Shown here one piece after another: positions 51,701-58,958 of a DNA stretch of 64,000 nt. The position numbers and the translations under genes are program-made. The notes under the pieces were generated by a model, which saw only the letters and a program-made list of their open reading frames with translations, was not told the origin of the DNA and did no database searches. The stretch is from Candidatus Poriferihabitaceae bacterium (lineage in GTDB: Bacteria > Pseudomonadota > Gammaproteobacteria > Arenicellales > Poriferihabitantaceae): the NCBI GenBank assembly GCA_965203265.1, contig CBDBBV010000002.1, positions 129,617-193,616 on the forward strand, given 5' to 3'. Position 1 is the stretch's first letter. Every line of letters begins with the position of its first letter.

Positions 51701-52251
51701 CGCCGTCCCTGTCCCTCGGCGCCCGCCACGACGGCGGAGACGGCAACACCGGCGCCGGCGCCGAGGTGAGCGGTCGCGTGCACTACGACAACCCCGAGAC
51801 GGGTTTGAGCGCATCCGCCGACCTGCACACCCTGTTGGGCCGCAGCGACTATAGCGAATGGGGCATACAGGGCATGGTGCGACTGAAGCACGGCGCCGAT
51901 GGTCAGGGCCTGTCCTTCATCCTACGCCCCGGCTACGGCGGCGCAGGCGAGGGCGACACCAGCCAAATCTGGTCCCACGGCCTACGCGACACCGCCGCCC
52001 CCACCACCCGCGACACCGGCGGGCGGTTGGAAATGAGATTGGGCTACGGCCTGTCGGCCTCCGGCGAACGAAGCGGCCTGTTGACCCCGTGGGGCGGCCT
52101 GACTTTGCACGGCGATGGCAAGCACTATCGCCTAGGGCTGGATTGGGCCTCCGGCGGGCTGTTCACCGTGCGCCTGTCCGGGGAGCGCCGCGAGCAGGAG
52201 AACGCGGACGCCGACCATGCCGTTTTGCTGAAGGGCGAGATGCGCTTCTGA
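48748..52251 (+). CDS. autotransporter-type outer-membrane protein with Calx-beta-like repeat passenger (5' end unresolved; probably phase-variable)
   Basis: Hydrophobic signal-like LALLLGALALFAVAPLQAQA, FN3-like module, 4-5 repeats of about 117 aa, and a C-terminal beta-domain of about 400 aa (ASLWGSGDYRTL..., alternating pattern, terminal MRF). Only a TTG (48748) is available as an in-frame start. The frame stays open upstream to 48610, and ATG 48549 lies in the -1 register across the poly-C tract. Confidence 0.75.
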   Translation: MLGALALFAVAPLQAQAPPVPANILLTTGNAQFTVNWDASPGAGTYVIRYDDSTGESINRLKAAVFVRPGTVTSRTIVTNSSLTITNGTTYRVRIRACAGQATSGTGCSAFSAVQTVVPTATPQLSFATNTYSVNEGESVTVTVRISPRLTSASSVSVAIGITPDHFTLSGVSGQPPLYGLVLPANADSATFTFTAVTDQVIEGEQLYQFLLLSIGSAPPYGIATNARTTTVTIVDTTVRKIRFAETAYSVVEGDSITLTVTIVPQLTTASFATALYGSSSSADCEDDFSLSGVTGSCEGELWDFSLPANADSTTITLAATADSLAEGDETAIFTLRKVGGEPYTVPSSSNEATVTIATPQVSFAETVYSVHEGNSITLTVGISPQLVSASSVRIGYLAASTADVVNDFTLSGVSGSGGLWTLTLPANADTATFTLAATANSPTEGNESAIFGLTPIDSAPYAIASAGELTTVTITDTSQVRFAAADYSVAEGAEVTLTVGIAPQLTTASSVRLTYGASSSADSADDFTLNGVSGSGGSWSLTLPANADTATITLAATTDPTPEGNEIAIFNLVAIASPPYSVAVDAGETRVTIGNEITPGLTLTATPNPVRQGSPVTITAHLSQALTSRVTIPITLTAGTANSADYGPLTGIDIAPGDNTGTGTITTTAETTSDTGSGGGTFTVMLGTPLPAGILVSQPSEVEITITLPAPAEQVHRAALPEVARAVADRVTGAISARVERVLRGGGGVGAASLGGQGTLAGALVSHAPDLLNDRRPLRDLLDGSQFVLPLNGDGGGLRSASLWGSGDYRTLSGEQDGLDFDGNLLGAQLGADSMVRDDLLAGVVLSWSQGEFDYENGGSSGSGGAGDYEVDVISLHPYLGGRTDQLDWWATTGYGSGEVSVNPARGEGASNDVILWTLGAGGSGQLWSNGNTDVLFKGEIMQTEMDLKAGAGEASLRVDATLIRLAAQANQRPRTLANGGQLSPSLSLGARHDGGDGNTGAGAEVSGRVHYDNPETGLSASADLHTLLGRSDYSEWGIQGMVRLKHGADGQGLSFILRPGYGGAGEGDTSQIWSHGLRDTAAPTTRDTGGRLEMRLGYGLSASGERSGLLTPWGGLTLHGDGKHYRLGLDWASGGLFTVRLSGERREQENADADHAVLLKGEMRF
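49117..50880 (+). repeat. tandem array of about 350-nt coding repeats (Calx-beta-like modules)
   Basis: Units start at QLSFATNTYSVNEGESVTVTV, KIRFAETAYSVVEGDSITLTV, QVSFAETVYSVHEGNSITLTV and QVRFAAADYSVAEGAEVTLTV, plus a degenerate fifth (GLTLTATPNPVRQGSPVTITA). Shared internal LPANAD(S/T)ATxTLAAT..(E)G(N/D)E. Confidence 0.85.
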
Positions 52252-52261
52252 CTATAACGGG

Positions 52262-52306
52262 CGGCGGGCGGCGGCGTTTTCCTCGCGCCCGCCGTTGCCC
52301 TTTTTT
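52262..52306 (+). terminator. rho-independent terminator after the autotransporter gene
   Basis: CGGCGGGCG (52262-52270) pairs with CGCCCGCCG (52286-52294). T6 run at 52301-52306. Confidence 0.6.
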
Positions 52307-52341
52307 CAATGCCCGCTGGCGAATTGGTTTCGCATTGGCTA

Positions 52342-52369
52342 TTGACACGCGCGGACGATTGCATAAAAT
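52342..52369 (+). promoter_or_regulatory. candidate sigma70 promoter of the tRNA Gly-Cys-Leu operon (TTGACA-N16-TAAAAT)
   Basis: Consensus -35 TTGACA at 52342-52347, 16-nt spacer, -10 TAAAAT at 52364-52369. tRNA-Gly starts 26 nt downstream. Confidence 0.65.
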
Positions 52370-52394
52370 TGACCACCCCCACGGATCGTGTCAT

Positions 52395-52469
<75 letters not shown>

Positions 52470-52570
52470 TTTCAACGGGCATGGTGGGGATTGCCGGCCG
52501 GGTGCCGATTCGTCGGGTGTTTTGTTGTGCCGCCCGATTGTGTCGGCTGTGCCGGTTGCGGCGTTGGACG

Positions 52571-52644
52571 GGCTGAGTGGCAGAGTGGTTATGCAGCGGC
52601 CTGCAAAGCCGTTGATCTCGGTTCGATTCCGGGCTCAGCCTCCA
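52571..52644 (+). tRNA. tRNA-Cys (anticodon GCA)
   Basis: GGCTGAGTGGCAGAGTGGTTATGCAGCGGCCTGCAAAGCCGTTGATCTCGGTTCGATTCCGGGCTCAGCCTCCA. Confidence 0.93.
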
Positions 52645-52670
52645 TTCCGCCGGCGCGGCCTCCGGCTCGA

Positions 52671-52756
52671 GCCCGGGTGGCGGAATGGTAGACGCAAGGG
52701 ACTTAAAATCCCTCGATGGCGACATCGTGCCGGTTCAAGTCCGGCTCCGGGCACCA
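52671..52756 (+). tRNA. tRNA-Leu (anticodon TAA)
   Basis: GCCCGGGTGGCGGAATGGTAGACGCAAGGGACTTAAAATCCCT + variable arm + GGTTCAAGTCCGGCTCCGGGCACCA. The order Gly-Cys-Leu mirrors E. coli glyW-cysT-leuZ. Confidence 0.93.
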
Positions 52757-52772
52757 CCTCAGCGGAGCAGTG

Positions 52773-53348
52773 ATGAGCAGCGAAATCGACGACAAGCGAT
52801 TCATATCCGCGCAGGAACTGCTGGAGGATTCCTACCGGCTCGGCGCGCAGATCATCGAGAGCGGTTTCCGCCCGGACTTCATAGTCGGCATCTGGCGCGG
52901 CGGTTCGCCGGTCGGCATCGCGGTGCAGGAAATGCTCGAACATTTCGGCATTTCCACCGACCACATCAGCGTGCGAACCTCCCTCTATCGCGGCATCGGC
53001 CGCCGTGCTGCCTCGGTTCGGGTGCATGGGCTTGGCTACCTCGTGCGCTCCCTCAACGCGGAAAATGCGCTGCTGATCGTGGATGATGTGTATGATTCGG
53101 GGCGCAGCATCGAGGCGGTGATCGCGCAGTTGACCGAGCGCACCCGGCGCAATACCCCGGAATCCATTCGCGTCGCTACCCCGTGGTTCAAGCCGGGTAG
53201 CAACGCCACCGAGCGGCTGCCGGACTATTATCTGCATGAAACCGACCGATGGCTGGTTTTCCCCCACGAAATTCAGGGGCTGACCGACCGGGAAATCGCC
53301 CGCGACAAGCCGGAAATCCACAAAATCATGCAAAATGTCGCGAAATAG
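52773..53348 (+). CDS. type-I phosphoribosyltransferase family protein
   Basis: PRPP-binding loop LLIVDDVYDSGRS. Size and layout resemble purine PRTases. Substrate not assignable. Confidence 0.7.
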   Translation: MSSEIDDKRFISAQELLEDSYRLGAQIIESGFRPDFIVGIWRGGSPVGIAVQEMLEHFGISTDHISVRTSLYRGIGRRAASVRVHGLGYLVRSLNAENALLIVDDVYDSGRSIEAVIAQLTERTRRNTPESIRVATPWFKPGSNATERLPDYYLHETDRWLVFPHEIQGLTDREIARDKPEIHKIMQNVAK

Positions 53349-53580
53349 GGCGTTGCCGGCTCGTTATCCGAAAAAAAACTTGCAGACGGAAACCCGCCGC
53401 TACCCTTCGGGGGTATAATCCGCTCGGTTTCGTCCCACCGCCAGTGTCGTGAAAGCGATATGCGGTGTCGCATCAAGAGCAGAAAGAGAGAGTTCTTGAT
53501 TTGTATATTCCGCCGATTACCGCCGCGCTCGCGAATCGCTGGCGCGGCAACGGCAATTCGCATTTCGCGGGGTTTTTTCG

Positions 53581-54279
53581 ATGGTAGATGACAACACCGA
53601 AGAAGATCTGGATTTGGCCTCCCTGTCCGACGACGAGCTGGTCGAGCAGATGCACGACGATCTCTATGACGGGCTCAGAGATGAAATCATGGAGGGCACC
53701 CGCATCCTGCTGGATCGCGGCTGGGCTGCCGCCAAGGTGTTGGACACTGCGCTGGTCGAGGGCATGCGCATAGTCGGCATCGACTTCCGAGACGGCATCC
53801 TGTTCGTGCCCGAAGTGCTGATGTCCGCCAACGCCATGAAGGGCGGCATGGAGATTTTGCGCCCGCTGCTGGCCGAGACCGGCGCCAAGCCCATCGGCAA
53901 GATGGTGATCGGCACGGTGAAGGGCGATATTCACGATATCGGCAAGAATCTGGTGGCGATGATGATGGAGGGCGCCGGATTCGAGGTGATCAACCTCGGC
54001 ATCGACAATCCGGTGGAGAACTACCTCGAAGCGCTGGAAGAGCACAAGCCGGATATCCTCGGCATGTCCGCCCTGCTGACCACCACCATGCCCTACATGA
54101 AGGTGGTGATCGATACCATGGTGGAGAAGGGCATCCGCAACGACTACATCGTGCTGGTCGGCGGAGCGCCGCTCAATCAGGAATTCAGCGAAGCCATCGG
54201 CGCCGACGCCTATTGTCGGGACGCGGCGGTGGCGGTGGAAATCGCCACCGCCAAGATCGCCGAAAAGCGCGCCGCCTGA
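53581..54279 (+). CDS. corrinoid (B12)-binding methyl-carrier protein
   Basis: B12-binding-2 helical cap followed by a Rossmann B12 domain with the DxHxxG motif (GDIHDIGKN), SALLTTT and GGAP. Resembles MtbC/MtgC-type methyltransferase corrinoid proteins. Confidence 0.85.
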   Translation: MVDDNTEEDLDLASLSDDELVEQMHDDLYDGLRDEIMEGTRILLDRGWAAAKVLDTALVEGMRIVGIDFRDGILFVPEVLMSANAMKGGMEILRPLLAETGAKPIGKMVIGTVKGDIHDIGKNLVAMMMEGAGFEVINLGIDNPVENYLEALEEHKPDILGMSALLTTTMPYMKVVIDTMVEKGIRNDYIVLVGGAPLNQEFSEAIGADAYCRDAAVAVEIATAKIAEKRAA

Positions 54280-54308
54280 GCGTCTATCGCGTCTATCGGG
54301 CTGATCGA

Positions 54309-54911
54309 ATGACGGCGGAGCGCGTGCTGGTCATCGCCTGCGGGGCGTTGGCTCATGATCTGGTGAGAGTGCGGGATCTCAGCCGCTGGGATCACCTCGA
54401 CATCCAGTGCCTGCCCGCCGACCTGCACAACACCCCCCAGCTGATTCCGCAGGCGGTGCAGGACAAAATCACCGAAAACCGTGGCCGTTACCGCCGCATC
54501 TTCGCCGCCTATTCCGATTGCGGCACCGGCGGGCTGCTCGATCGGGTACTTGAGCGGGAGGGGGTCGAGCGTCTCCCCGGCGCTCATTGTTACGAGATGT
54601 TCGCCGGTGCCGCCCAATTCGCGCAGCTGCATCAGGCCGAAACGGGCACCTTCTACCTCACCGATTTTCTCGCGCGACACTTCAAGCGCGTGATCATTCA
54701 GGGCCTCGGCCTCGACCGTTTCCCGCAGCTCAAGGCGGAATACTTCGGCAATTACCGCAAACTGGTCTATCTGGCGCAGCGGGAAGACGAGCACACCGAA
54801 ACCGCCGCCCGGCAGGCAGCCGAATACCTCGAACTCGAATACGAGCGACTCTTCACCGGCGATCGCCATCTTGAAGAATCTCTGGCCGCTGCCGTCGCCG
54901 TCGCGCGCTGA
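54309..54911 (+). CDS. DUF1638 domain protein
   Basis: VLVIACGALAHDL...LPADLHNTPQLIP...YSDCGTGGLLD. Family call from memory of DUF1638 proteins that accompany corrinoid methyltransferase clusters. Confidence 0.5.
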   Translation: MTAERVLVIACGALAHDLVRVRDLSRWDHLDIQCLPADLHNTPQLIPQAVQDKITENRGRYRRIFAAYSDCGTGGLLDRVLEREGVERLPGAHCYEMFAGAAQFAQLHQAETGTFYLTDFLARHFKRVIIQGLGLDRFPQLKAEYFGNYRKLVYLAQREDEHTETAARQAAEYLELEYERLFTGDRHLEESLAAAVAVAR

Positions 54912-55001
54912 TCCCATGCCCTTTCGCCGCTTCGCACGCACGGGCGCCTGACGGCACCCCGCTTCCTTCCATCCCCTCCAGCATCAGCATCCGTAACCAT
55001 C

Positions 55002-55304
55002 ATGGCAAAACTGATCACGGTATCGTGGCGCGACATCCCCGCGCAGGTCATCGCCAAAGAGCGGCGCGACAGCGTCAAGGTCAAGTTGTCCGAGCGTTTT
55101 GCCGAGGCCATCGACCGCGCCGCCATGCGCGCCGGCAAGGGCACTTCGGACGCCTATCTGGCGGACTGGAGACGGCACAGCGTAACCTGCGGCAACGACC
55201 TGCGCGCCGAGGCCGAGGCGGCTGCGGCGCGCTACGAGCGGGAATACGACAAGGAGCGCCTGCTGGCGCTGATCCGCAACAAGGGCGACGAGCCGGAGGC
55301 GTAA
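55002..55304 (+). CDS. small conserved protein, virulence-factor-like family (function unknown)
   Basis: MAKLITVSWRDIPAQVIAKERRDSVKVKLSERFAEAIDRAAMRAG...DAYLADWRR. The pattern matches what I recall for the Pfam family named Virulence_fact. The name is historical, not functional. Confidence 0.4.
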   Translation: MAKLITVSWRDIPAQVIAKERRDSVKVKLSERFAEAIDRAAMRAGKGTSDAYLADWRRHSVTCGNDLRAEAEAAAARYEREYDKERLLALIRNKGDEPEA

Positions 55305-55307
55305 CGG

Positions 55308-55772
55308 ATGTACGCAGTGAGAAGATGGTCGGTGCGCCATTCCCGTGGGCTGGAATGGCTGTACGATTGCTTTGAAAAGGTCATGACGGCGCTACATCCG
55401 CTGTGGAATCTGATCGGCTACGAGCGCGTCGACAAGCCGGTGGCCGCCGTCGAGAAGGTGGTCAAGGGCGTGCTGTTCGACTGCCGCATGTGCGGGCGCT
55501 GCGCGCTCGGCTCCACCGGCATGTCGTGCCCGATGAATTGCCCCAAGCAGATGCGCAACGGGCCGTGCGGCGGCGTGCGCAGCAATGGCAACTGCGAGAT
55601 CGAGCCGGATATGCCGTGCGTTTGGGTCGAGGCGTACAAGGGCAGCCGCTCCATGCGCCACGGGGAAAAGATTCTGGTGCTACAGCCGCCGCTGGATTGG
55701 TCGGCGGAAGGTTCTTCCGCATGGTTGCGAGACGCGCGCCGGGCGCACCCGCGCGGAGGCGAACAGGCATGA
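55308..55772 (+). CDS. MTHFR C-terminal-domain protein (MetV-like Cys-rich small subunit)
   Basis: Cys cluster CRMCGRCALGSTGMSCPMNCPKQMRNGPCGG. Overlaps the following MTHFR gene by 4 nt. Confidence 0.6.
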   Translation: MYAVRRWSVRHSRGLEWLYDCFEKVMTALHPLWNLIGYERVDKPVAAVEKVVKGVLFDCRMCGRCALGSTGMSCPMNCPKQMRNGPCGGVRSNGNCEIEPDMPCVWVEAYKGSRSMRHGEKILVLQPPLDWSAEGSSAWLRDARRAHPRGGEQA

Positions 55773-56788
55773 CCGACGAGATCGAGCAGGCGCTTGCATC
55801 CATCCTGACCCAGCGCACAGGCCATGTTTCCGCCGGGCGGCTGGAGCAGGTGTTGCGCGCCGGTGAGTTTGCGGTAACCGCCGAACTGGCGCCGCCGGAT
55901 TCGGCCAGCGCGGAGGAGGTGTTCCGACAGGCCAAGTGGTTCGACGGCCATGTAGACGGCATCAACGCCACCGACGGCTCCGGCGGCAACTGCCACATGT
56001 CCAGCGTCGCCGTGTGCGCGCTGTTGAGCGGCGCCGGTTATTCTCCGGTCATGCAGATCGCCTGCCGCGACCGCAACCGCATCGCCATACAGGGCGAAAT
56101 TCTCGGCGCCGCGGCGCTGGGGGTATCCAACATGCTGTGCCTGACCGGAGACGGCGTGCAGGCGGGAGACCACCCGAATGCCAAGCCGGTGTTCGATCTC
56201 GACTCCATCTCGCTGCTCAACACCGCGCGCACCCTGCGCGATGAATCGAGATTGCTGAGCGGGCGAAAACTGGCCGAGGCGCCGAGGGTATTCCTCGGGG
56301 CGGCGGCCAATCCCTTCGTCCCACCGCGAGAATTCCGCGTGGAGCGGCTGGAAAAGAAGGTGGCGGCCGGCGCCGATTTCGTGCAGACCCAGTATTGCTT
56401 CGATCTGCCGGTGCTCGAGCGCTACATGCAGCAGGTGCGCGACAAGGGCTTGCACCAGCGGGTATTCATCCTAGTCGGCGTCGGCCCGCTGGCTTCCCCG
56501 CGAGCGGCGCGCTGGATTCGCGACAACGTGCCTGGGGTGCACATCCCCGATGCCGTCATCGAACGCCTCGCCGGCGCCGAGGACGCCAAACGCGAAGGCA
56601 GGAAAATCTGCATCGAGATGATGCAGCAAGTGAAGGAAATCGAGGGGGTCGCCGGCGTGCATGTCATGGCGTACCGACAAGAGCAGTGCGTGGCCGAGAT
56701 GGTTGCGGCTTCGGGGGTGCTGGATGAGCGCCTGCCGTGGCGTCCCGGCGAAGAGATAAACTTGCAACATCGGAGTAATTCAGCATGA
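55769..56788 (+). CDS. metF: methylenetetrahydrofolate reductase (MetF family)
   Basis: TIM-barrel MetF features: FAVTAELAPP, INATDGSGG, CRDRNRIA, GVSNMLCLTGD, FVQTQYCFD. Confidence 0.75.
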   Translation: MTDEIEQALASILTQRTGHVSAGRLEQVLRAGEFAVTAELAPPDSASAEEVFRQAKWFDGHVDGINATDGSGGNCHMSSVAVCALLSGAGYSPVMQIACRDRNRIAIQGEILGAAALGVSNMLCLTGDGVQAGDHPNAKPVFDLDSISLLNTARTLRDESRLLSGRKLAEAPRVFLGAAANPFVPPREFRVERLEKKVAAGADFVQTQYCFDLPVLERYMQQVRDKGLHQRVFILVGVGPLASPRAARWIRDNVPGVHIPDAVIERLAGAEDAKREGRKICIEMMQQVKEIEGVAGVHVMAYRQEQCVAEMVAASGVLDERLPWRPGEEINLQHRSNSA

Positions 56789-57684
56789 CCGACACCATCG
56801 TTTGTTCCCCCAAGGGCGAACTGAAAATCGGATTCGAGCAGCCGTTCGTGATCATCGGCGAGCGCATCAACCCCACCGGGCGCAAGATTCTCGCCGAGGA
56901 AATGAAGAACGGCGACTACAGCCGAGTCGAGGCCGACGCCGTCGCCCAAGTGGCCGCCGGCGCCACCATGCTCGATGTCAACGCCGGCATCCCGCTGGCG
57001 GATGAACCGCGCATTCTGGCCGAGTCGATCCGCTTGGTGCAGTCGGTTACCGATGTGCCGCTGTCCATCGACTCGTCCATCGTCGCCGCCCTCGAATCCG
57101 GCTTGGAGGCGTATCAGGGCAAGGCGTTGCTGAACTCGGTAACCGGCGAGGAAGAGCGACTGGAAGCGGTGCTGCCGTTGGTGAAGAAGTACGGCGCGGC
57201 GGTGGTGGCCATATCCAACGATGAGGCGGGCATATCGGAAAATCCGGATGAGCGTTTCGATGTTGCCAAGAAGATCGTCCAGCGAGCCGCCGACCACGGC
57301 ATTCACTACAGCGACATCGTGGTCGACCCGCTGGTCATGCCGGTGGGTGCGGTCAACAGCGCCGGGCGTCAGGTGCTCCATCTGGTGAAGCGCCTGCGCG
57401 AGGAACTCAAGGTAAACACCACCTGCGGCGCCTCCAACTTCAGTTTCGGCATCCCCAATCGCAAGGGGATGGACGGCACTTTCCTGAGCATGGCCATCGC
57501 CGCCGGCCTCACCTCGGCGATCACCAATCCCCTGCACGAGGAAGTCATGCAATCCATCATGGGCGCCAATGTGGTCATGGGCCACGACAGAAACTGCGCC
57601 AGATGGCTGAAGAAATACCGCCAACCGGCAGCGGAAGACGCCCCACCCGGACGCCCCCGCCGCCGCCGCCGCGCCTCTGCGTGA
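56785..57684 (+). CDS. pterin-binding methyltetrahydrofolate:corrinoid methyltransferase (DHPS-like, MtgA/AcsE/MetH-domain type)
   Basis: FVIIGERINPTGRK, MLDVNAG, LSIDSS, ALLNSVTGEE, DPLVMPVGA, TCGASNFSFG are hallmarks of the pterin-binding methyltransferase domain. Confidence 0.8.
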   Translation: MTDTIVCSPKGELKIGFEQPFVIIGERINPTGRKILAEEMKNGDYSRVEADAVAQVAAGATMLDVNAGIPLADEPRILAESIRLVQSVTDVPLSIDSSIVAALESGLEAYQGKALLNSVTGEEERLEAVLPLVKKYGAAVVAISNDEAGISENPDERFDVAKKIVQRAADHGIHYSDIVVDPLVMPVGAVNSAGRQVLHLVKRLREELKVNTTCGASNFSFGIPNRKGMDGTFLSMAIAAGLTSAITNPLHEEVMQSIMGANVVMGHDRNCARWLKKYRQPAAEDAPPGRPRRRRRASA

Positions 57685-57747
57685 GCGACAGCCCCGGAAC
57701 CGCTCCGGTTGCACCGCAATGGAAATTGCCGATTTTTACAAAATGGG

Positions 57748-57777
57748 TTGCAAAATCGATATTTCGCGAATTATACT
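57748..57777 (+). promoter_or_regulatory. candidate sigma70 promoter for the NYN gene (TTGCAA-N18-TATACT)
   Basis: -35 TTGCAA at 57748-57753, 18-nt spacer, -10 TATACT at 57772-57777, inside an AT-rich 200-nt gap. Confidence 0.45.
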
Positions 57778-57887
57778 TGCGACTCAAGACTACCCATCGG
57801 ATCACCGCCCAGATAGGGAAACACGGGGTTCGATCATCTTGAACTCAGGGGCGCTTCGTGTGCCCCTGTGTCTTTAAAGGGATTGAT

Positions 57888-58535
57888 ATGTCCGGTAACT
57901 CTCCGACTCAAGGATCACGCTATCGTGTTCGCGTGTTTGTCGATTTTTGGAATTACACGCTCAGTATGCGAGATGCCGACAGAGCTTTCCGCACCGACTG
58001 GGCGAAGCTCGGGCCGATGCTGTCTCGCGAAGCGGTCGCTGTGGTTGATGCCGCTGCAACCGGCGAATATCAGGGATTGAATTTCTACGGTTCCTACGAC
58101 CCTGCCAGCGAAAAAGACAAGAAACTGCGCCGATGGGCAACAACGGTGGTGGACACTTTTCCCGGCGTGAGCGTGTCGATCATGCCGCGCCAAAGGAAAC
58201 TTTCATCTCCCGAATGTCCCATCTGCCATGAAGCGGTGTCGGTCTGTCCAGCTTGTGGCGCAAACATGCGAGGGACTGAGGAGAAAGGCGTCGATGTACA
58301 TATGGCGACCGATATGATTCGACTCGCCTGGGTCAACAACTACGACATCGCGGTGCTGGTCTCGTCCGACCGGGACTTCGTGCCGGTGGCCGAATTTCTG
58401 GCGACTCGCGGGATTAAGGTGATTCACGGGAGATTCCGGCCGAAGGGCATGCAATTGACCCAGCGATGCTGGGGCGCGATCAACATCGCCAGTTTGCGCG
58501 AGGGGTTTCGCCTCCCCGAACCGAGAGAGGCTTGA
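57888..58535 (+). CDS. NYN/LabA-like ribonuclease-domain protein with an inserted CxxC...CxxC zinc ribbon
   Basis: VFVDFWNY (first acidic motif), EEKGVDVHMATDM, and LVSSDRDFVPVAEFLATRGIKV are NYN/PIN-like signatures. CPICHEAVSVCPACG is inserted between motifs. Confidence 0.75.
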   Translation: MSGNSPTQGSRYRVRVFVDFWNYTLSMRDADRAFRTDWAKLGPMLSREAVAVVDAAATGEYQGLNFYGSYDPASEKDKKLRRWATTVVDTFPGVSVSIMPRQRKLSSPECPICHEAVSVCPACGANMRGTEEKGVDVHMATDMIRLAWVNNYDIAVLVSSDRDFVPVAEFLATRGIKVIHGRFRPKGMQLTQRCWGAINIASLREGFRLPEPREA

Positions 58536-58550
58536 GGGGGACGGAATACA

Positions 58551-58958
58551 ATGCCCGCCGTTACACGCCGCCGGATGAGCGACAGCCCCAAAGTCGTCAC
58601 GGGCGGCTGCCTGTGTGGTGGCGTGCGTTGGCGGGTGAGTGGCGAGTTGCGGGGGGTGATCAATTGTTTTTGTGGGCAGTGTCGCAAGACCAGCGGGCAT
58701 CATGTTGCCGCTACCCGTGCCGCGTTGGCGGATTTTCACTTGGACAGCGACAGCACGCTGGCGTGGTATCATTCCTCGGCGAGGGCGCGGCGCGGGTTTT
58801 GCCGGCAATGCGGTGGCAACCTGTTTTGGCAGAATTTCGAGCTCGCCACCATCAGCATCATGGCGGGCTCCATCGACGATCCCACCGGCCTTGAAACCAT
58901 CGACAACATCCATGTCGAAGACGCCAGCGATTATCAAATTATCCCCACGCTGAAATGA
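58551..58958 (+). CDS. GFA (glutathione-dependent formaldehyde-activating / CENP-V) family zinc protein
   Basis: GGCLCGGVRW...CFCGQCRK...GFCRQCGGNLFW is the GFA Cys pattern. Confidence 0.8.
   Translation: MPAVTRRRMSDSPKVVTGGCLCGGVRWRVSGELRGVINCFCGQCRKTSGHHVAATRAALADFHLDSDSTLAWYHSSARARRGFCRQCGGNLFWQNFELATISIMAGSIDDPTGLETIDNIHVEDASDYQIIPTLK

Noticed and set aside
53349-53580. Possible cobalamin riboswitch or structured leader upstream of the corrinoid protein gene.
   Set aside because: Several hairpins exist (ATCAAGA/TCTTGAT around 53473-53501; CCGCGC/GCGCGG near 53524). However, I cannot find the conserved B12-box core, and GCCAGTG at about 53440 is only a partial match to GCCACUG. This needs an Rfam RF00174 covariance scan before any claim.
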